Below, piece by piece: positions 30,278 to 40,321 of a stretch of 64,000 nucleotides of DNA. The translations under genes and the position numbers were made by a program. How positions within the stretch are numbered: the stretch's first letter is position 1; every line of letters begins with the position of its first letter. The DNA lies in contig CBDBHB010000009.1 in NCBI GenBank assembly GCA_965205505.1, positions 1,312,001 to 1,376,000 of the forward strand. Reading direction: 5' to 3'. Below the pieces are notes generated by a model. It saw nothing but the letters and a program-made list of their open reading frames with translations, was not told the origin of the DNA and ran no database searches. Source of the stretch: Acidobacteriota bacterium (GTDB taxonomy: Bacteria > Acidobacteriota > UBA890 > WLXD01).

Positions 30278-30676
30278 TTGTACAGCCTCAACGTTCGAGA
30301 CCACTTCATGATCGCGCACAGCTTCAGAGGCGAAGTGTTTGGCGCGGCGCAGGCACTCCACGGGGCGACCTATGTGGTGGATGCGACGTTCCGACGTCGC
30401 GAGCTCGATTCGGATGGTCTCGTCGTCGACATCGGTCTCGCTACCCAGCAGCTCCGGGTGATCTTGAGCGAGCTGAACTACACGAACCTGGACGACGCAC
30501 CTGCGTTCGATGGAGTCAACACCACCACCGAGTTCCTGGCGCGGGAGATCTTCGACCGCCTGGTCACGGCGTTGCGCGAAGGCAAGCTGGGAGAGGCGGC
30601 GCGCCGCGTCACACGGCTATGCGTGACGCTCAGCGAATCTCACGTTGCCTGGGCCAGCTATGAGGGCGATGTCTGA
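30278..30676 (+). CDS. 6-pyruvoyl-tetrahydropterin synthase/QueD-like protein
   Basis: [31 protein letters not shown]. Confidence 0.85.
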   Translation: MYSLNVRDHFMIAHSFRGEVFGAAQALHGATYVVDATFRRRELDSDGLVVDIGLATQQLRVILSELNYTNLDDAPAFDGVNTTTEFLAREIFDRLVTALREGKLGEAARRVTRLCVTLSESHVAWASYEGDV

Positions 30677-32615
30677 CTGCTTCGAGCTGCATCTGGTTGT
30701 TCCTGGATCCCTGGCCCGACGCACCGGCGGCACGATCTACGACGCCCGGATGACAGGCCGGCTTCGGCAGCTGGGATGGCGGGTCGTTGTCTACAACCTC
30801 GCCGGCCGTTTTCCGGACGCCGACGCCGCCGCACGAGAGAGCCTGGGGGGCGCCCTTTCGGAGGCACCGGCCGGTGCTCGTGTGATGATCGATGGGTTGG
30901 CCATGGGGGCCCTTCCCGACGTCGTCCGCGCCCATGGGGATCGGCTGCGGATCCTGGCCCTGGTGCATCATCCGCTCGCCGACGAGACTGGCTTGACGGC
31001 CAAGGAACAGGAACGGTTCGCGGCGCTGGAGCGAGCCGCGTTGGATGCTTGCGACGGGATCGTGGTGACCAGCGAGTTCACCGCGGCGCGGCTGCGAGCG
31101 CTGGGAGTCGCGGCCGAGAAAGTACGGGCGGTGCTTCCCGGCACCGAGCCTGCGCGATTGGCAGCCGGGCCGGGAGGCGAGCAGGCGCCGCGGTTGCTGA
31201 GTGTCGGGTCGGTGATCCCCCGCAAGGGATACGACGTTCTGGTGGATGCCCTTGCCCGATTGCGGCACCTGCCCTGGAGCTGCGTGTGCGTGGGCAGCTT
31301 GAGTCGCGATCCCGACTACGCGGCGGCGCTGGTCGATCAGGTTGCCGATAGAGGGCTCGACAAGACGATCGAGCTCGTTGGGGAATGCGACGAAGACGCG
31401 TTGGACGCCTACTACGACTCCAGCTCGCTGTTCGTGTTGGCCTCGCACTACGAGGGCTTTGGCATGGTCCTGAGAGAGGCGGTGGCGCGCGGGCTGCCGG
31501 TGGTCAGCACCACCGGTGGCGCTATCCCGGAAGCCGTTCCTTCGGAAGCGGCGGTGTTGGTCTGCCCGGGCGACGCAAAGGCGCTGGCCGATGCCCTGGA
31601 ACGTCTGCTGGCTGGCTCCGAAGGCGCCGAGCGCCGCAACGATCTGGCCGTCGGAGCTCGCCGTGCCGCGGCGCGATTGCCGGGCTGGGATCAGGCAGGA
31701 GGCGCATTCGCGGAAGCGCTCCTCGAGTTGACCCCGGAAGGGTCGGCCGCCTCACGACACCTGCCGCCGGGCGACCGCGCGGACCGCTTCGCCGCCGACT
31801 GGTTGGCGTTGCGCGAACCGGTTGATCATCGGTCGCGAGCCCACGAGCTGGCCGCCCGGCTGCAAGCAACTTGGCAGCAGCGACGATGGTCGCGTATCGT
31901 CGACCTGGGGAGCGGTACGGGCTCCAACCTACGGTACTTGTCTCCAAGGCTGGCGTTGCCTCAAGAGTGGACGCTGGTCGATCACGACCCCGGCTTGCTC
32001 GCCCGGGCCGTCTGTCCCGATCCCGACGCGCAGGTGACGCGCGTCCGCGGCGACCTTGCCGAGCAAGGCTTGGCGGCCGCCGAGACGGCCCATCTGGTTA
32101 CCGGCTCGGCGCTGCTAGACCTCGTGTCCGAGCAGTGGCTACGGCGCCTGGTAGACGTTTGTCGGAGTGCGGCAGCGGCGGCCTACTTCCCGTTGAGCTA
32201 CGACGGCGAGTTCCGCTTCGTGGCAGCGGGCCGGGCCTCCGGCGACGAGCTCGACCCCGACGAGGACTTGGTGCGTGCTGCTGTGAACTCCCATCAGCTT
32301 GGCGACAAGGGCCTCGGCCCGGCACTCGGACCCGGCGCCGGCCACACCGCGGCGGAGCTCTTTGGGCGGGCCGGGTATCGCACCTGGTTGCTGCCGAGCT
32401 GCTGGCGACTGGGGGTTGGTGACGACGATCTCGCTCGCCGCCTGGTGGATGGATGGCGCCAGGCCGCCAGCGAGGAACGGCCGGCATGTGCCAGCCGCAT
32501 CGACGGCTGGGCGGTGCGATGTCGGGTGGCGATAGAGCGCGGCGCATTCGAGGTCACCGTGGGCCATACGGACTTGCTGGCACTCCCTGCTGTCGACACC
32601 GTCGGGCGGGAATGA
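30669..32615 (+). CDS. GT4 glycosyltransferase fused to a class I SAM-dependent methyltransferase-like domain
   Basis: TGGTIYD, HHPLADE, RKGYD, YEGFGMV; then [27 protein letters not shown] in one open frame. Confidence 0.82.
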   Translation: MSDCFELHLVVPGSLARRTGGTIYDARMTGRLRQLGWRVVVYNLAGRFPDADAAARESLGGALSEAPAGARVMIDGLAMGALPDVVRAHGDRLRILALVHHPLADETGLTAKEQERFAALERAALDACDGIVVTSEFTAARLRALGVAAEKVRAVLPGTEPARLAAGPGGEQAPRLLSVGSVIPRKGYDVLVDALARLRHLPWSCVCVGSLSRDPDYAAALVDQVADRGLDKTIELVGECDEDALDAYYDSSSLFVLASHYEGFGMVLREAVARGLPVVSTTGGAIPEAVPSEAAVLVCPGDAKALADALERLLAGSEGAERRNDLAVGARRAAARLPGWDQAGGAFAEALLELTPEGSAASRHLPPGDRADRFAADWLALREPVDHRSRAHELAARLQATWQQRRWSRIVDLGSGTGSNLRYLSPRLALPQEWTLVDHDPGLLARAVCPDPDAQVTRVRGDLAEQGLAAAETAHLVTGSALLDLVSEQWLRRLVDVCRSAAAAAYFPLSYDGEFRFVAAGRASGDELDPDEDLVRAAVNSHQLGDKGLGPALGPGAGHTAAELFGRAGYRTWLLPSCWRLGVGDDDLARRLVDGWRQAASEERPACASRIDGWAVRCRVAIERGAFEVTVGHTDLLALPAVDTVGRE

Positions 32616-33640
32616 TCTCGACCGCGCTCGCCCGTGGCAGGCTGCCGCTGGTGCGATTCGGTGTCAGCGTCGGGCTGCTGGTCGTCCTCGCCACGTACCT
32701 CGACCTCGAACGGGTCGTCGGGCGCCTGCGCAGCATGGACACGCGATGGGTGGTGCTGGCCCTGGCGATCTCGTTGTTGCAGGTAGCTCTCTCGGCGTGG
32801 CGGTGGCGATTCACCGCCGGCCGGCTCGGGCTGCAGTTGCCGTTTGTTGCCGCCCTGCGTGAGTACGCTATCGGCACCTTCTTGAACCAAGTGTTGCCGG
32901 GCGGAGTGGCGGGCGATCTCTCTCGTGCGTGGCGACATGGTCGGGCGCTGGCGCCCGGTCTCGACGGTCAGGCGCTCCGCGCCGTCATGCTGGAGCGAGC
33001 CTCGGGGCAGATCGTGATGCTGGCAATCGCCGGGTTCTCGGTCGTGTGGCTGCCCCGACCGCTCGGCGCCGGTGCGCGTGCCGTGTTGCTGGGCGTGGCG
33101 CTGCTGTCTGCCGCCGTCGCGGCTGGGCTGCTCGTCTGGGCTCGTTGGCAACGCCAGGCTGACGATTCCCTGCTCAGACGCACTTGGGCCGACGCCCGAG
33201 CCGGGTTGTTATCGCCGGGTGCGTTACCGGCGCAGTTGCTCAGCTCCACTCTCGTCGTCATGTCGTACATCGCGGTGTATCTCGTTGCTGCGAGGACGGT
33301 GGGCGTCGACACCCCGGCGCCCACCCTATTGCCGCTCGTCGCTCCGGTGCTGGCGACCATGCTGATTCCCGCCACGATTGCCGGTTGGGGTGTGCGCGAG
33401 ACGGGTGCCGCGCTCCTTTGGGCAGCAGCGGGTCTGCCGGTGGCCGACGGCGTCGCGATCTCGGTGGCCTACGGCCTACTGGTGCTCGTTTCGAGCCTGC
33501 CTGGAGCGGTGATTCTGATCGGCGCTCCTGAAACGCGAATCAGCTCAGGTCGAGGTCGAAGACCACATCGTCGCCGAGACCGAAACGTCGCGCCTGAGGA
33601 CGCAACGCCTGATCGAGCGTCTCGATCGGATCCAGCATAA
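32612..33640 (+). CDS. Lysylphosphatidylglycerol synthase TM (flippase-like) protein
   Basis: SAWRWR, FLNQVLPGGVAGD, GWGVRE; multiple TM segments. 3' end overlaps the convergent RibD gene by ~100 bp. Confidence 0.85.
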   Translation: MISTALARGRLPLVRFGVSVGLLVVLATYLDLERVVGRLRSMDTRWVVLALAISLLQVALSAWRWRFTAGRLGLQLPFVAALREYAIGTFLNQVLPGGVAGDLSRAWRHGRALAPGLDGQALRAVMLERASGQIVMLAIAGFSVVWLPRPLGAGARAVLLGVALLSAAVAAGLLVWARWQRQADDSLLRRTWADARAGLLSPGALPAQLLSSTLVVMSYIAVYLVAARTVGVDTPAPTLLPLVAPVLATMLIPATIAGWGVRETGAALLWAAAGLPVADGVAISVAYGLLVLVSSLPGAVILIGAPETRISSGRGRRPHRRRDRNVAPEDATPDRASRSDPA

Positions 33641-34385
33641 AGCCACGGCACCCCGAGCCCAACAGCACCGGCGCCACGGTCACGTGCAAGCGATCCAAGA
33701 CACCGGCCTGCAGAAACCGCGAAACGGTGATCCCTCCACCCTCGACGAGCACGCGATTGAGGCCGCGCTCTCGCAGCGACGACAGCACGGAACGCGGGTC
33801 GAAGCCTTGCGGGCCGACCACCGGTAGCTTGATGACCGCGCTCGACGACGAGCGCGGCTCGCGGCCGTTGGTGGCCTGACGCAACACGATGGTGGGAGCA
33901 GCGCCATCGGTGAATACTCTGCTAGCCGGGTCCAGGCGGTCATTCGGATCGAGGACGACGCGGACCGGGTCCTCACCCTCGGCCTCCCGGACGGTGAGCT
34001 GCGGGTCGTCTGAAGCCACCGTGCTCGCTCCGACGATGACCGCATCGACCAGGGCTCGGAGGCGGTGGAGCCGGCAAATGTCGGCCGGGCCGGTAATGAA
34101 CTGAGAATGTCCGGCGACCGTGGCGATGCGGCCGTCGAGGCTCTGCCCCATCTGCGCGATCACCAGGCGGTGGCGGATTTGAAGCGGCAGGTACAGCTCG
34201 AAAATGTCTCGAGCCTCGTCGACCGGTGTAGTGGACGTCTGCCACGCACCGGCGGCGTCGACCTGGAGCCAGACGTCGGCCCTCGTGCCTGGCGAAACGC
34301 GCAATGGCGTTTCGGGGTGTACCGGCCCCGGTGAGATCGCCCGAACCAGATCCCAGGCCGTGCGTTCGTCAATCAAGCTGTTCAC
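33540..34385 (-). CDS. RibD C-terminal-type reductase
   Basis: QSLDGRIAT, DDPQLTVR, VLVEGGG; probable GTG start at 34385 overlapping the FkbM stop. Confidence 0.85.
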   Translation of the reverse strand: MNSLIDERTAWDLVRAISPGPVHPETPLRVSPGTRADVWLQVDAAGAWQTSTTPVDEARDIFELYLPLQIRHRLVIAQMGQSLDGRIATVAGHSQFITGPADICRLHRLRALVDAVIVGASTVASDDPQLTVREAEGEDPVRVVLDPNDRLDPASRVFTDGAAPTIVLRQATNGREPRSSSSAVIKLPVVGPQGFDPRSVLSSLRERGLNRVLVEGGGITVSRFLQAGVLDRLHVTVAPVLLGSGCRGFMLDPIETLDQALRPQARRFGLGDDVVFDLDLS

Positions 34386-35161
34386 GGGTCTCGTTGCGCA
34401 GTCTGTGGAGCCGGGCCGGTGGAAGGATGTACCAACACCGCGTACAGATCGCCGGAAGAGATTCCGCCGGCGCCGACAGTCAGCCACTCCACCACACCGT
34501 CGCCTGTCCGCCAAGCGTCGAAGAGGTATTGTCGTTCCTCGCCGGCGATGGCGTTGAACTCGTAGCGGCCTAGCCTGTCGAGCTGTCGGACGCAGTCAAC
34601 GGCAACATCGAGGGCGCCGGAGACGAACTCGAACGACAGGCTTGCCACCGGTCGACTGAGACCGGCGAGCACGTCCGCCTCGTGGCCCTCGACATCGATC
34701 TTGCAGAAGCGAGGCTCTCCGTAGGTTCGGATCAACACGTCCAGAGTGGTGACGGTGACGGTTGCCGTTTCATCCCAGCGTACCTTGCTGAAGCTTCTGT
34801 TGGTCTCGGGCAGGCGAGCCCTCCAGCTACTGGCCAGCGTCGAGACGGCGGGTGTGCGTCGGCTGATTGCCAGCTCACCGGACCCCGCCTTTCGACCGAC
34901 CGCCTCTGTCCGCACGGTGATTCGATCGCTTGACCTGACCAACCACCGCAGCCACCGGGCGGTGCGCGGCTGCGGCTCGATCGCGATGACTCGGGCGCCG
35001 AGGGCTGCGAGAGCCACCGATCGATCGCCCAGGTGCGCACCGACGTCGAAGACGAGGTCGCCCGGCCCGACGAAGGGGCGATAAAGGCGCCTGAGGCCGC
35101 GCTGACGCCCCGGACGCCAATACAGGATCAGCGAGCGGAGCAGACCCCACCAGGCCGTCAT
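34382..35161 (-). CDS. FkbM-family methyltransferase
   Basis: VFDVGAHLG, IEPQP, CKIDVEGHE. Confidence 0.9.
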   Translation of the reverse strand: MTAWWGLLRSLILYWRPGRQRGLRRLYRPFVGPGDLVFDVGAHLGDRSVALAALGARVIAIEPQPRTARWLRWLVRSSDRITVRTEAVGRKAGSGELAISRRTPAVSTLASSWRARLPETNRSFSKVRWDETATVTVTTLDVLIRTYGEPRFCKIDVEGHEADVLAGLSRPVASLSFEFVSGALDVAVDCVRQLDRLGRYEFNAIAGEERQYLFDAWRTGDGVVEWLTVGAGGISSGDLYAVLVHPSTGPAPQTAQRDP

Positions 35162-36783
35162 GGGGTGCTCAAGGCGCGGACGAACCAGTCGCGAAAAGCG
35201 TCCATGCGAGGCGGTGACTGGCTCGGATCAGGGATACCACCCTCGACGAAACCCCACTCCAGGAACGGCGCCAGGAGCGCCGGGCTGGCGGTGATCACGT
35301 GCACCGGGGAGGCGCGGCTGGCGTCATCCCCGGTGATTATCGGGGCGGGCTGGTGGTCGCCGAGCACCAGGAGCAGCGTGTTGTCGTCGACGTAGCGCTC
35401 GGCGTACGCCGTCGCCGCCTGAATGGCGTAGCCGATCGACAACGCATAGTTCTCCCGCACCCGATCATGATCTCGCCACAGGTCGCCCGGGCGCTCCCCG
35501 GCACCCTCCCAACGCATGAATACCGCCCCATCTCCGATCGTGTCCCAGTCGTCCAGGACGTTCAGGATCGGCGTCCACGGCGCGTGACTGCTGATCAGCC
35601 CAACCTCGGCGAACAGCGGTCGGGGATCATCATCGCGGCGCACTTGCTGCTCCAAGTACGACCAGGTGAACTGATCGGGCATCGTTACCCAGTTGAGGGC
35701 AGGCCCCGTGTAGTTGATGTCTTTGTACGCGTGGATGTCGTCGTAGCCAAGACGCTCACCTTCGGGCCACGCCAGTGTTATGGCCGGCATCAACGCTACA
35801 GTGCGGTACCCAGCGTGACGAAAGTCGTCGATCAGCGTCTCGCGCCGGCTCGCCAACAGCAGGTCGTATCGCAGTTGGTTCTCGAGCCACAGGCCACTCA
35901 GAATCGATCCGCGCCCGAGCCACGATTGGCCTCCTTGGATAGGCGCAACGAGTGCTCCGGTGGCCAGATACAGATTCGCCGCGGCCATGCGGCGGGCCAG
36001 CCCGTGGAGTCGGGGCACCACGATATCCGCGTAACGTGGGTCGGTGATTGCCGACATGCCGTAGGACTCGACGAAGCCGAGCACCACGTCGCGCCCCTCG
36101 AGACGCTCCAGCAGGCCTGGCAGGCTGGCGTAGCTGTTCTGCGAGGCTGCCATCTCGGCCTCGAAGCGGTCCCGCTCGTTCACCATTCGGGAGAAATGTC
36201 GGATCTGTTGCGTCGCCACCCGCACCGCCGGGCGCCCCATCATCTCTGTTACCCAGGGTGCCTGCTCGCCGAGGAACGCGAGCGCCGAGAACAGGATCAA
36301 AACGACGCCCGCGGCCCGCACGATCCACGAGCCTTGCGGCGTCTCCATCGGTAGCAACAAGCGCGCCACGAGCCAGGTGAGTAGGCCGGCGGCGAGCAGG
36401 GCGACGGGCACCGCGAAGGTCGCGACGACGGGGCCGAGGGTGCCGCGCAGGAGGTTCATGACGGCGCTCAGCAGGCTCAGATCGAGGTAGAGGTTGAGCG
36501 GACGTGCGAGACTTTGCCGCGCCACGGTATCGGCGAACACAACGATGCTCAGGACAACCAGAACGAGGGCAGTGAGGGTGGCGAGCGATCGGCTCCAGCG
36601 GCAACGTGGCAGCAGCGCCAGCAGCCCCACCGCCAAGCCCGACTCGGCCGCTATCCACATCCCGCCGATGGTGCCGGCCGCCAGCCATTGGGGCGCCAGC
36701 AACATGGCGTTGATGAGCATCCATGCGGACACGAGTCGCAGGAGAATGGCCCGGATGCTCGACGTCGAGGCGATCGTGGACAT
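35158..36783 (-). CDS. Membrane-anchored sulfatase/LTA-synthase-like protein
   Basis: N-terminal TM helices; FVESYG, GGQSWL, MPDQF, ISSHAPW, GDHQP. Start uncertain. Confidence 0.78.
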   Translation of the reverse strand: MSTIASTSSIRAILLRLVSAWMLINAMLLAPQWLAAGTIGGMWIAAESGLAVGLLALLPRCRWSRSLATLTALVLVVLSIVVFADTVARQSLARPLNLYLDLSLLSAVMNLLRGTLGPVVATFAVPVALLAAGLLTWLVARLLLPMETPQGSWIVRAAGVVLILFSALAFLGEQAPWVTEMMGRPAVRVATQQIRHFSRMVNERDRFEAEMAASQNSYASLPGLLERLEGRDVVLGFVESYGMSAITDPRYADIVVPRLHGLARRMAAANLYLATGALVAPIQGGQSWLGRGSILSGLWLENQLRYDLLLASRRETLIDDFRHAGYRTVALMPAITLAWPEGERLGYDDIHAYKDINYTGPALNWVTMPDQFTWSYLEQQVRRDDDPRPLFAEVGLISSHAPWTPILNVLDDWDTIGDGAVFMRWEGAGERPGDLWRDHDRVRENYALSIGYAIQAATAYAERYVDDNTLLLVLGDHQPAPIITGDDASRASPVHVITASPALLAPFLEWGFVEGGIPDPSQSPPRMDAFRDWFVRALSTP

Positions 36784-38446
36784 GCAGCTCGGTGGCGGGC
36801 TTGCGCGGCCGTTGGCGGTGCTCTTGGCGATGTTGGCGTTCTCGGCTTGTGGGTCGGACCCCACACTATCGACGGGCGGCCGCCACACCAAGCCGGGCGA
36901 GGACGAACCCGCGGTGGCAACGGCGCATCAGCGGCGCGCTGCCGAGTCACCTGTGCCACTCCCGCGCCCGGTCACCGCTGCCGCGCTGCAGGAGTATGTC
37001 GACGAGCGGGCGCGCCGGTTGGCGCAGCTCCCGTACACGGCAAGCGGGCGCGGTATGCCCGACGCTCTAGCGCAATTGGACGACGCGCAGTATCGCTCGA
37101 TCGAGTTTCGGCCGGAGGTGGCCCTGTGGCGCGGCGAGACGCTCTTCGAGGTGCAATTCTTCCATCCGGGCTTCCGGTATGAGCCCGTGCGCATTCACGC
37201 TGTCAACGACGGGCGCATCAATGAGCTGTTTCTCGACCGGGAGAGTTTTCGCTACCCAGAGATGCTCGCCGGTGTCGCCGAGATGCTCACGCCGGAGCTC
37301 GGCTACGCCGGGTTCCGCGTTCACTATCCCCTCGAGAGCCCTGATCGTAGCCAGGAGGCAGCCGTGTTCCTGGGTGCCTCGTACTTTCGCCTGGTCGGAG
37401 GCGGACAGGTTCATGGGCTGTCGGGTCGGGGCCTGGCTGTTGATGTGGTGCCGCCGGGGCACGAGGAGTTCCCGGTGTTTCGTGAGTTTTGGCTCCTCCG
37501 TCCGGCTCCGGCCGACACCGCGCTGGTCTTCTTCGCCTTGGTCGACAGTCCGTCGGTCACCGGCGCGTACCGCTTCGATCTGCAGCCGGGTGCGAGCACC
37601 GTTCTCCGGGTCGACGCCCGATTGCACGCCCGCCGGGACATTGCCAAGCTCGGCGTCGCCCCGCTGACCAGCATGTTCCTTTACGGCCCGAATCGAGCTC
37701 GGGAATTCGACGACTACCGTCCGCAAGTGCACGATTCGGATGGCTTGTTGATGCGGACCAGGGCCGACGAGTGGATCCTGCGGCCGCTCAGCAACCGTCG
37801 TGAGGTGCGCGTTACCTCGCTGCGCGACCGTGATCCACGTGGCTTCGGCCTGGTTCAGCGCGCCCGGCGGTTCGACGGCTACCTCGACCTCGAGACCAAC
37901 TATCAGCGCCGTCCCAGCCTATGGGTCGACACCGAGGATGCCGCCTGGGGCAGTGGTGGCGTGGAGCTCGTCGAGATTCCGACGAACTCGGAAACCAACG
38001 ACAACATCGTTGCCTACTGGGCGCCTGACCAACCGTTTCTCGCCGGGGAGAGCCGGCGATACCGTTATCGGCTCACGACCTTCGATAGACGGTTGGATGC
38101 GCAGAGCTTGATGCAAGTTGAGCGCGCTCGATTCGGATGGGATGCTTTGCCTGGCGAGAGCGACCCGCCGCCGCGCAGCCATCGGCGGTTCGTGATCGAT
38201 TTCGGTGGGCCGGCTATGCCAGCGCTCGAAGACGCGGGGCTCGTCGCAGCCGTATTGGAGACCTCGAGCGGGCAGACGTCGAGCCCGAGCGTGCAACTGC
38301 TTCCTGACGGCGCCGGATGGCGCGCGAGCTTCGATTTGATACCTGATGGCGAGCGTCCGGCCGACATGCGGCTCTTCCTCACAGCCGACGGCGCCAAGCT
38401 GACTGAAACCTGGACCTATGTCTGGTACCCCGACTCTTTGCAGTAG
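36782..38446 (+). CDS. opgG: Periplasmic glucan biosynthesis protein G/D
   Basis: FLGASYFR, GLSGRGLA, LGVAPLTSMF, RPQVHDSDGL, DNIVAYW, TETWTY; lipoprotein-like leader. Start uncertain. Confidence 0.88.
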   Translation: MQLGGGLARPLAVLLAMLAFSACGSDPTLSTGGRHTKPGEDEPAVATAHQRRAAESPVPLPRPVTAAALQEYVDERARRLAQLPYTASGRGMPDALAQLDDAQYRSIEFRPEVALWRGETLFEVQFFHPGFRYEPVRIHAVNDGRINELFLDRESFRYPEMLAGVAEMLTPELGYAGFRVHYPLESPDRSQEAAVFLGASYFRLVGGGQVHGLSGRGLAVDVVPPGHEEFPVFREFWLLRPAPADTALVFFALVDSPSVTGAYRFDLQPGASTVLRVDARLHARRDIAKLGVAPLTSMFLYGPNRAREFDDYRPQVHDSDGLLMRTRADEWILRPLSNRREVRVTSLRDRDPRGFGLVQRARRFDGYLDLETNYQRRPSLWVDTEDAAWGSGGVELVEIPTNSETNDNIVAYWAPDQPFLAGESRRYRYRLTTFDRRLDAQSLMQVERARFGWDALPGESDPPPRSHRRFVIDFGGPAMPALEDAGLVAAVLETSSGQTSSPSVQLLPDGAGWRASFDLIPDGERPADMRLFLTADGAKLTETWTYVWYPDSLQ

Positions 38447-40286
38447 CTTGTCGTCGGCGAGACCGCGCGGCGGACGTATCCTCAGCGCCGGGCGCATCGG
38501 GGCGCGCCGCTGCCTGTTCTTCGGGCTGGTTGGAATCACCACGCTGGCCGCTACCGCCATGATGCTCGGCATCTTCCGCATGGCCGGCCTGACACCTCTG
38601 GAGCTCGCGATCCTGCCGCTGTTCGCGCTGACGTTCGCGTGGATATCCGTGGCGTTCTGGAACGCGGTCATCGGTTTCGCGTTGCAGCTGACCGGGCGCG
38701 ATCCACTGTCGCCTGTGGCGTCGACGTCGAGCGACACTGCGGACAACACGATCACCACGCGAACGGCGGTGGTGATGCCGATCCACAACGAGGAGCCGGC
38801 GCGCGTCATGGGTGGTCTGACGGCGACAATTCGCTCGCTGGTGGCAACCGGCGAGGCGGGGCGTTTCGACATCCACGTCTTGAGCGATACGACGGACGCG
38901 GTGATCGCTCGTGACGAGCAGGTTGCCTGGGAGGAAGTGCGTGCCCAATGGGCAGGTGCCGTGTCGCTGCACTATCGGCGTCGGCAGGCGAACGTGGGTC
39001 GCAAGGCAGGCAATATCGCCGACTTTTGCAAGCGTTCGGGTGCACTCTACGACTTCATGGTAGTGCTCGACGCCGACAGCGTGATGAGCGGGTCGGCGCT
39101 GGTGGAGCTGGTGCTGGTGATGCAGTCCAACCCGACAGCCGGGCTCATCCAGACCGTGCCTGTGCCGAGTTCCCAAACGACGCTATTCGGTCGCCTGTTG
39201 CAGTTCGCGGCATGTCTCTACAGCCCCATGCTCGCGACAGGCCAAAGCTTCTGGCAGGGCGACGCCGCTAATTACTGGGGGCACAACGCCATCGTCAGGG
39301 TGCGCGCCTTCATCGACCATTGCGACCTGCCCGTGCTCCGCGGCAAGCCCCCTTGGGGGGGTGAGATCCTGAGCCACGACTTCGTCGAGGCGGCACTCCT
39401 GCGACGCGCGGGATGGCATGTATACGTGTTGCCGCTCGTTGGTGGAAGCTACGAGGAGCTCCCGGGCACCATCCTCGACTACGCCAAACGCGACCGCCGC
39501 TGGGCTCAGGGGAGCCTCCAGCACCTGCGGTTGCTGCTGGCGCGCGGCCTGCACCCGATAAGCAGGTTGCACTTCGTGCTGGGCGCGCTGGGCTACGTGT
39601 CGTCGGTTCTGTGGCTGTTGTTGTTATGGGCGAGCACCGCCTACGTCTTGCTCGACAGCGCCGACGTGAACCTCGTTGCTGTCGTGTCGTACGCCGCGCT
39701 TGCCAGGCTACCGTTGCCTGACGCGCCCCTGCTCCCGTCGCTTCTCGTCGTCACCACGCTGATCCTCTTCGTCCCCAAGCTCCTGGGCCTGACGCTCGGC
39801 ATCGCGCATCACCGGAGGTCCTTCGGTGGCGCCCGACGGCTCATCCTCAGCGCATTCTTCGAGATGGTCTTCGCGGTTGTTGCCGCGCCGCTGATGATGA
39901 TCTATCACGCGCGCTCGGTGCTCAGCGTACTGACGGGGCACACCATCCAGTGGAGCGCTCAGCAGCGGCACGGAAGAGACCTCTCGTGGGCGATCGCGAC
40001 CAGGAAGACCTGCTGGATTACCGTGATTGGCCTCGTCTGGGCCGGCGTCACGCTGTACTACAGCGCGGCGTTCGTTCTCTGGCTGACGCCCATCTTCGCG
40101 GGGATGCTCTTGGCGGCGCCTTTGGTGCGCTGCACCAGCAGCCGCGCCCTTGGCGATTGGACACGACGGCACGGGCTCCTGCTGGTGCCGTCGGAGACAG
40201 CCGGTCATCGGCACGCGACGTCGACCCGGCGAGCCTCGGAATCGGTGCCCCTTGTGGCCCCGAGCGCCGTCAAAATAGACTTCTGA
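38418..40286 (+). CDS. opgH: Glucans biosynthesis glucosyltransferase H
   Basis: MPIHNE, RKAGNIADF, VLDADS, NYWGHNAI, LSHDFVEAAL, RDRRWAQG. Start approximate. Confidence 0.92.
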   Translation: MSGTPTLCSSLSSARPRGGRILSAGRIGARRCLFFGLVGITTLAATAMMLGIFRMAGLTPLELAILPLFALTFAWISVAFWNAVIGFALQLTGRDPLSPVASTSSDTADNTITTRTAVVMPIHNEEPARVMGGLTATIRSLVATGEAGRFDIHVLSDTTDAVIARDEQVAWEEVRAQWAGAVSLHYRRRQANVGRKAGNIADFCKRSGALYDFMVVLDADSVMSGSALVELVLVMQSNPTAGLIQTVPVPSSQTTLFGRLLQFAACLYSPMLATGQSFWQGDAANYWGHNAIVRVRAFIDHCDLPVLRGKPPWGGEILSHDFVEAALLRRAGWHVYVLPLVGGSYEELPGTILDYAKRDRRWAQGSLQHLRLLLARGLHPISRLHFVLGALGYVSSVLWLLLLWASTAYVLLDSADVNLVAVVSYAALARLPLPDAPLLPSLLVVTTLILFVPKLLGLTLGIAHHRRSFGGARRLILSAFFEMVFAVVAAPLMMIYHARSVLSVLTGHTIQWSAQQRHGRDLSWAIATRKTCWITVIGLVWAGVTLYYSAAFVLWLTPIFAGMLLAAPLVRCTSSRALGDWTRRHGLLLVPSETAGHRHATSTRRASESVPLVAPSAVKIDF

Positions 40287-40321
40287 CCACCACGCGAGCC
40301 AGGCTTTCCGGGGAGATCGAT

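Noticed and set aside
33540-33640. 101-bp convergent overlap as a regulatory feature
   Set aside because: The flippase C-terminal tail is low-complexity run-on into the opposite gene, which is common in GC-rich genomes.
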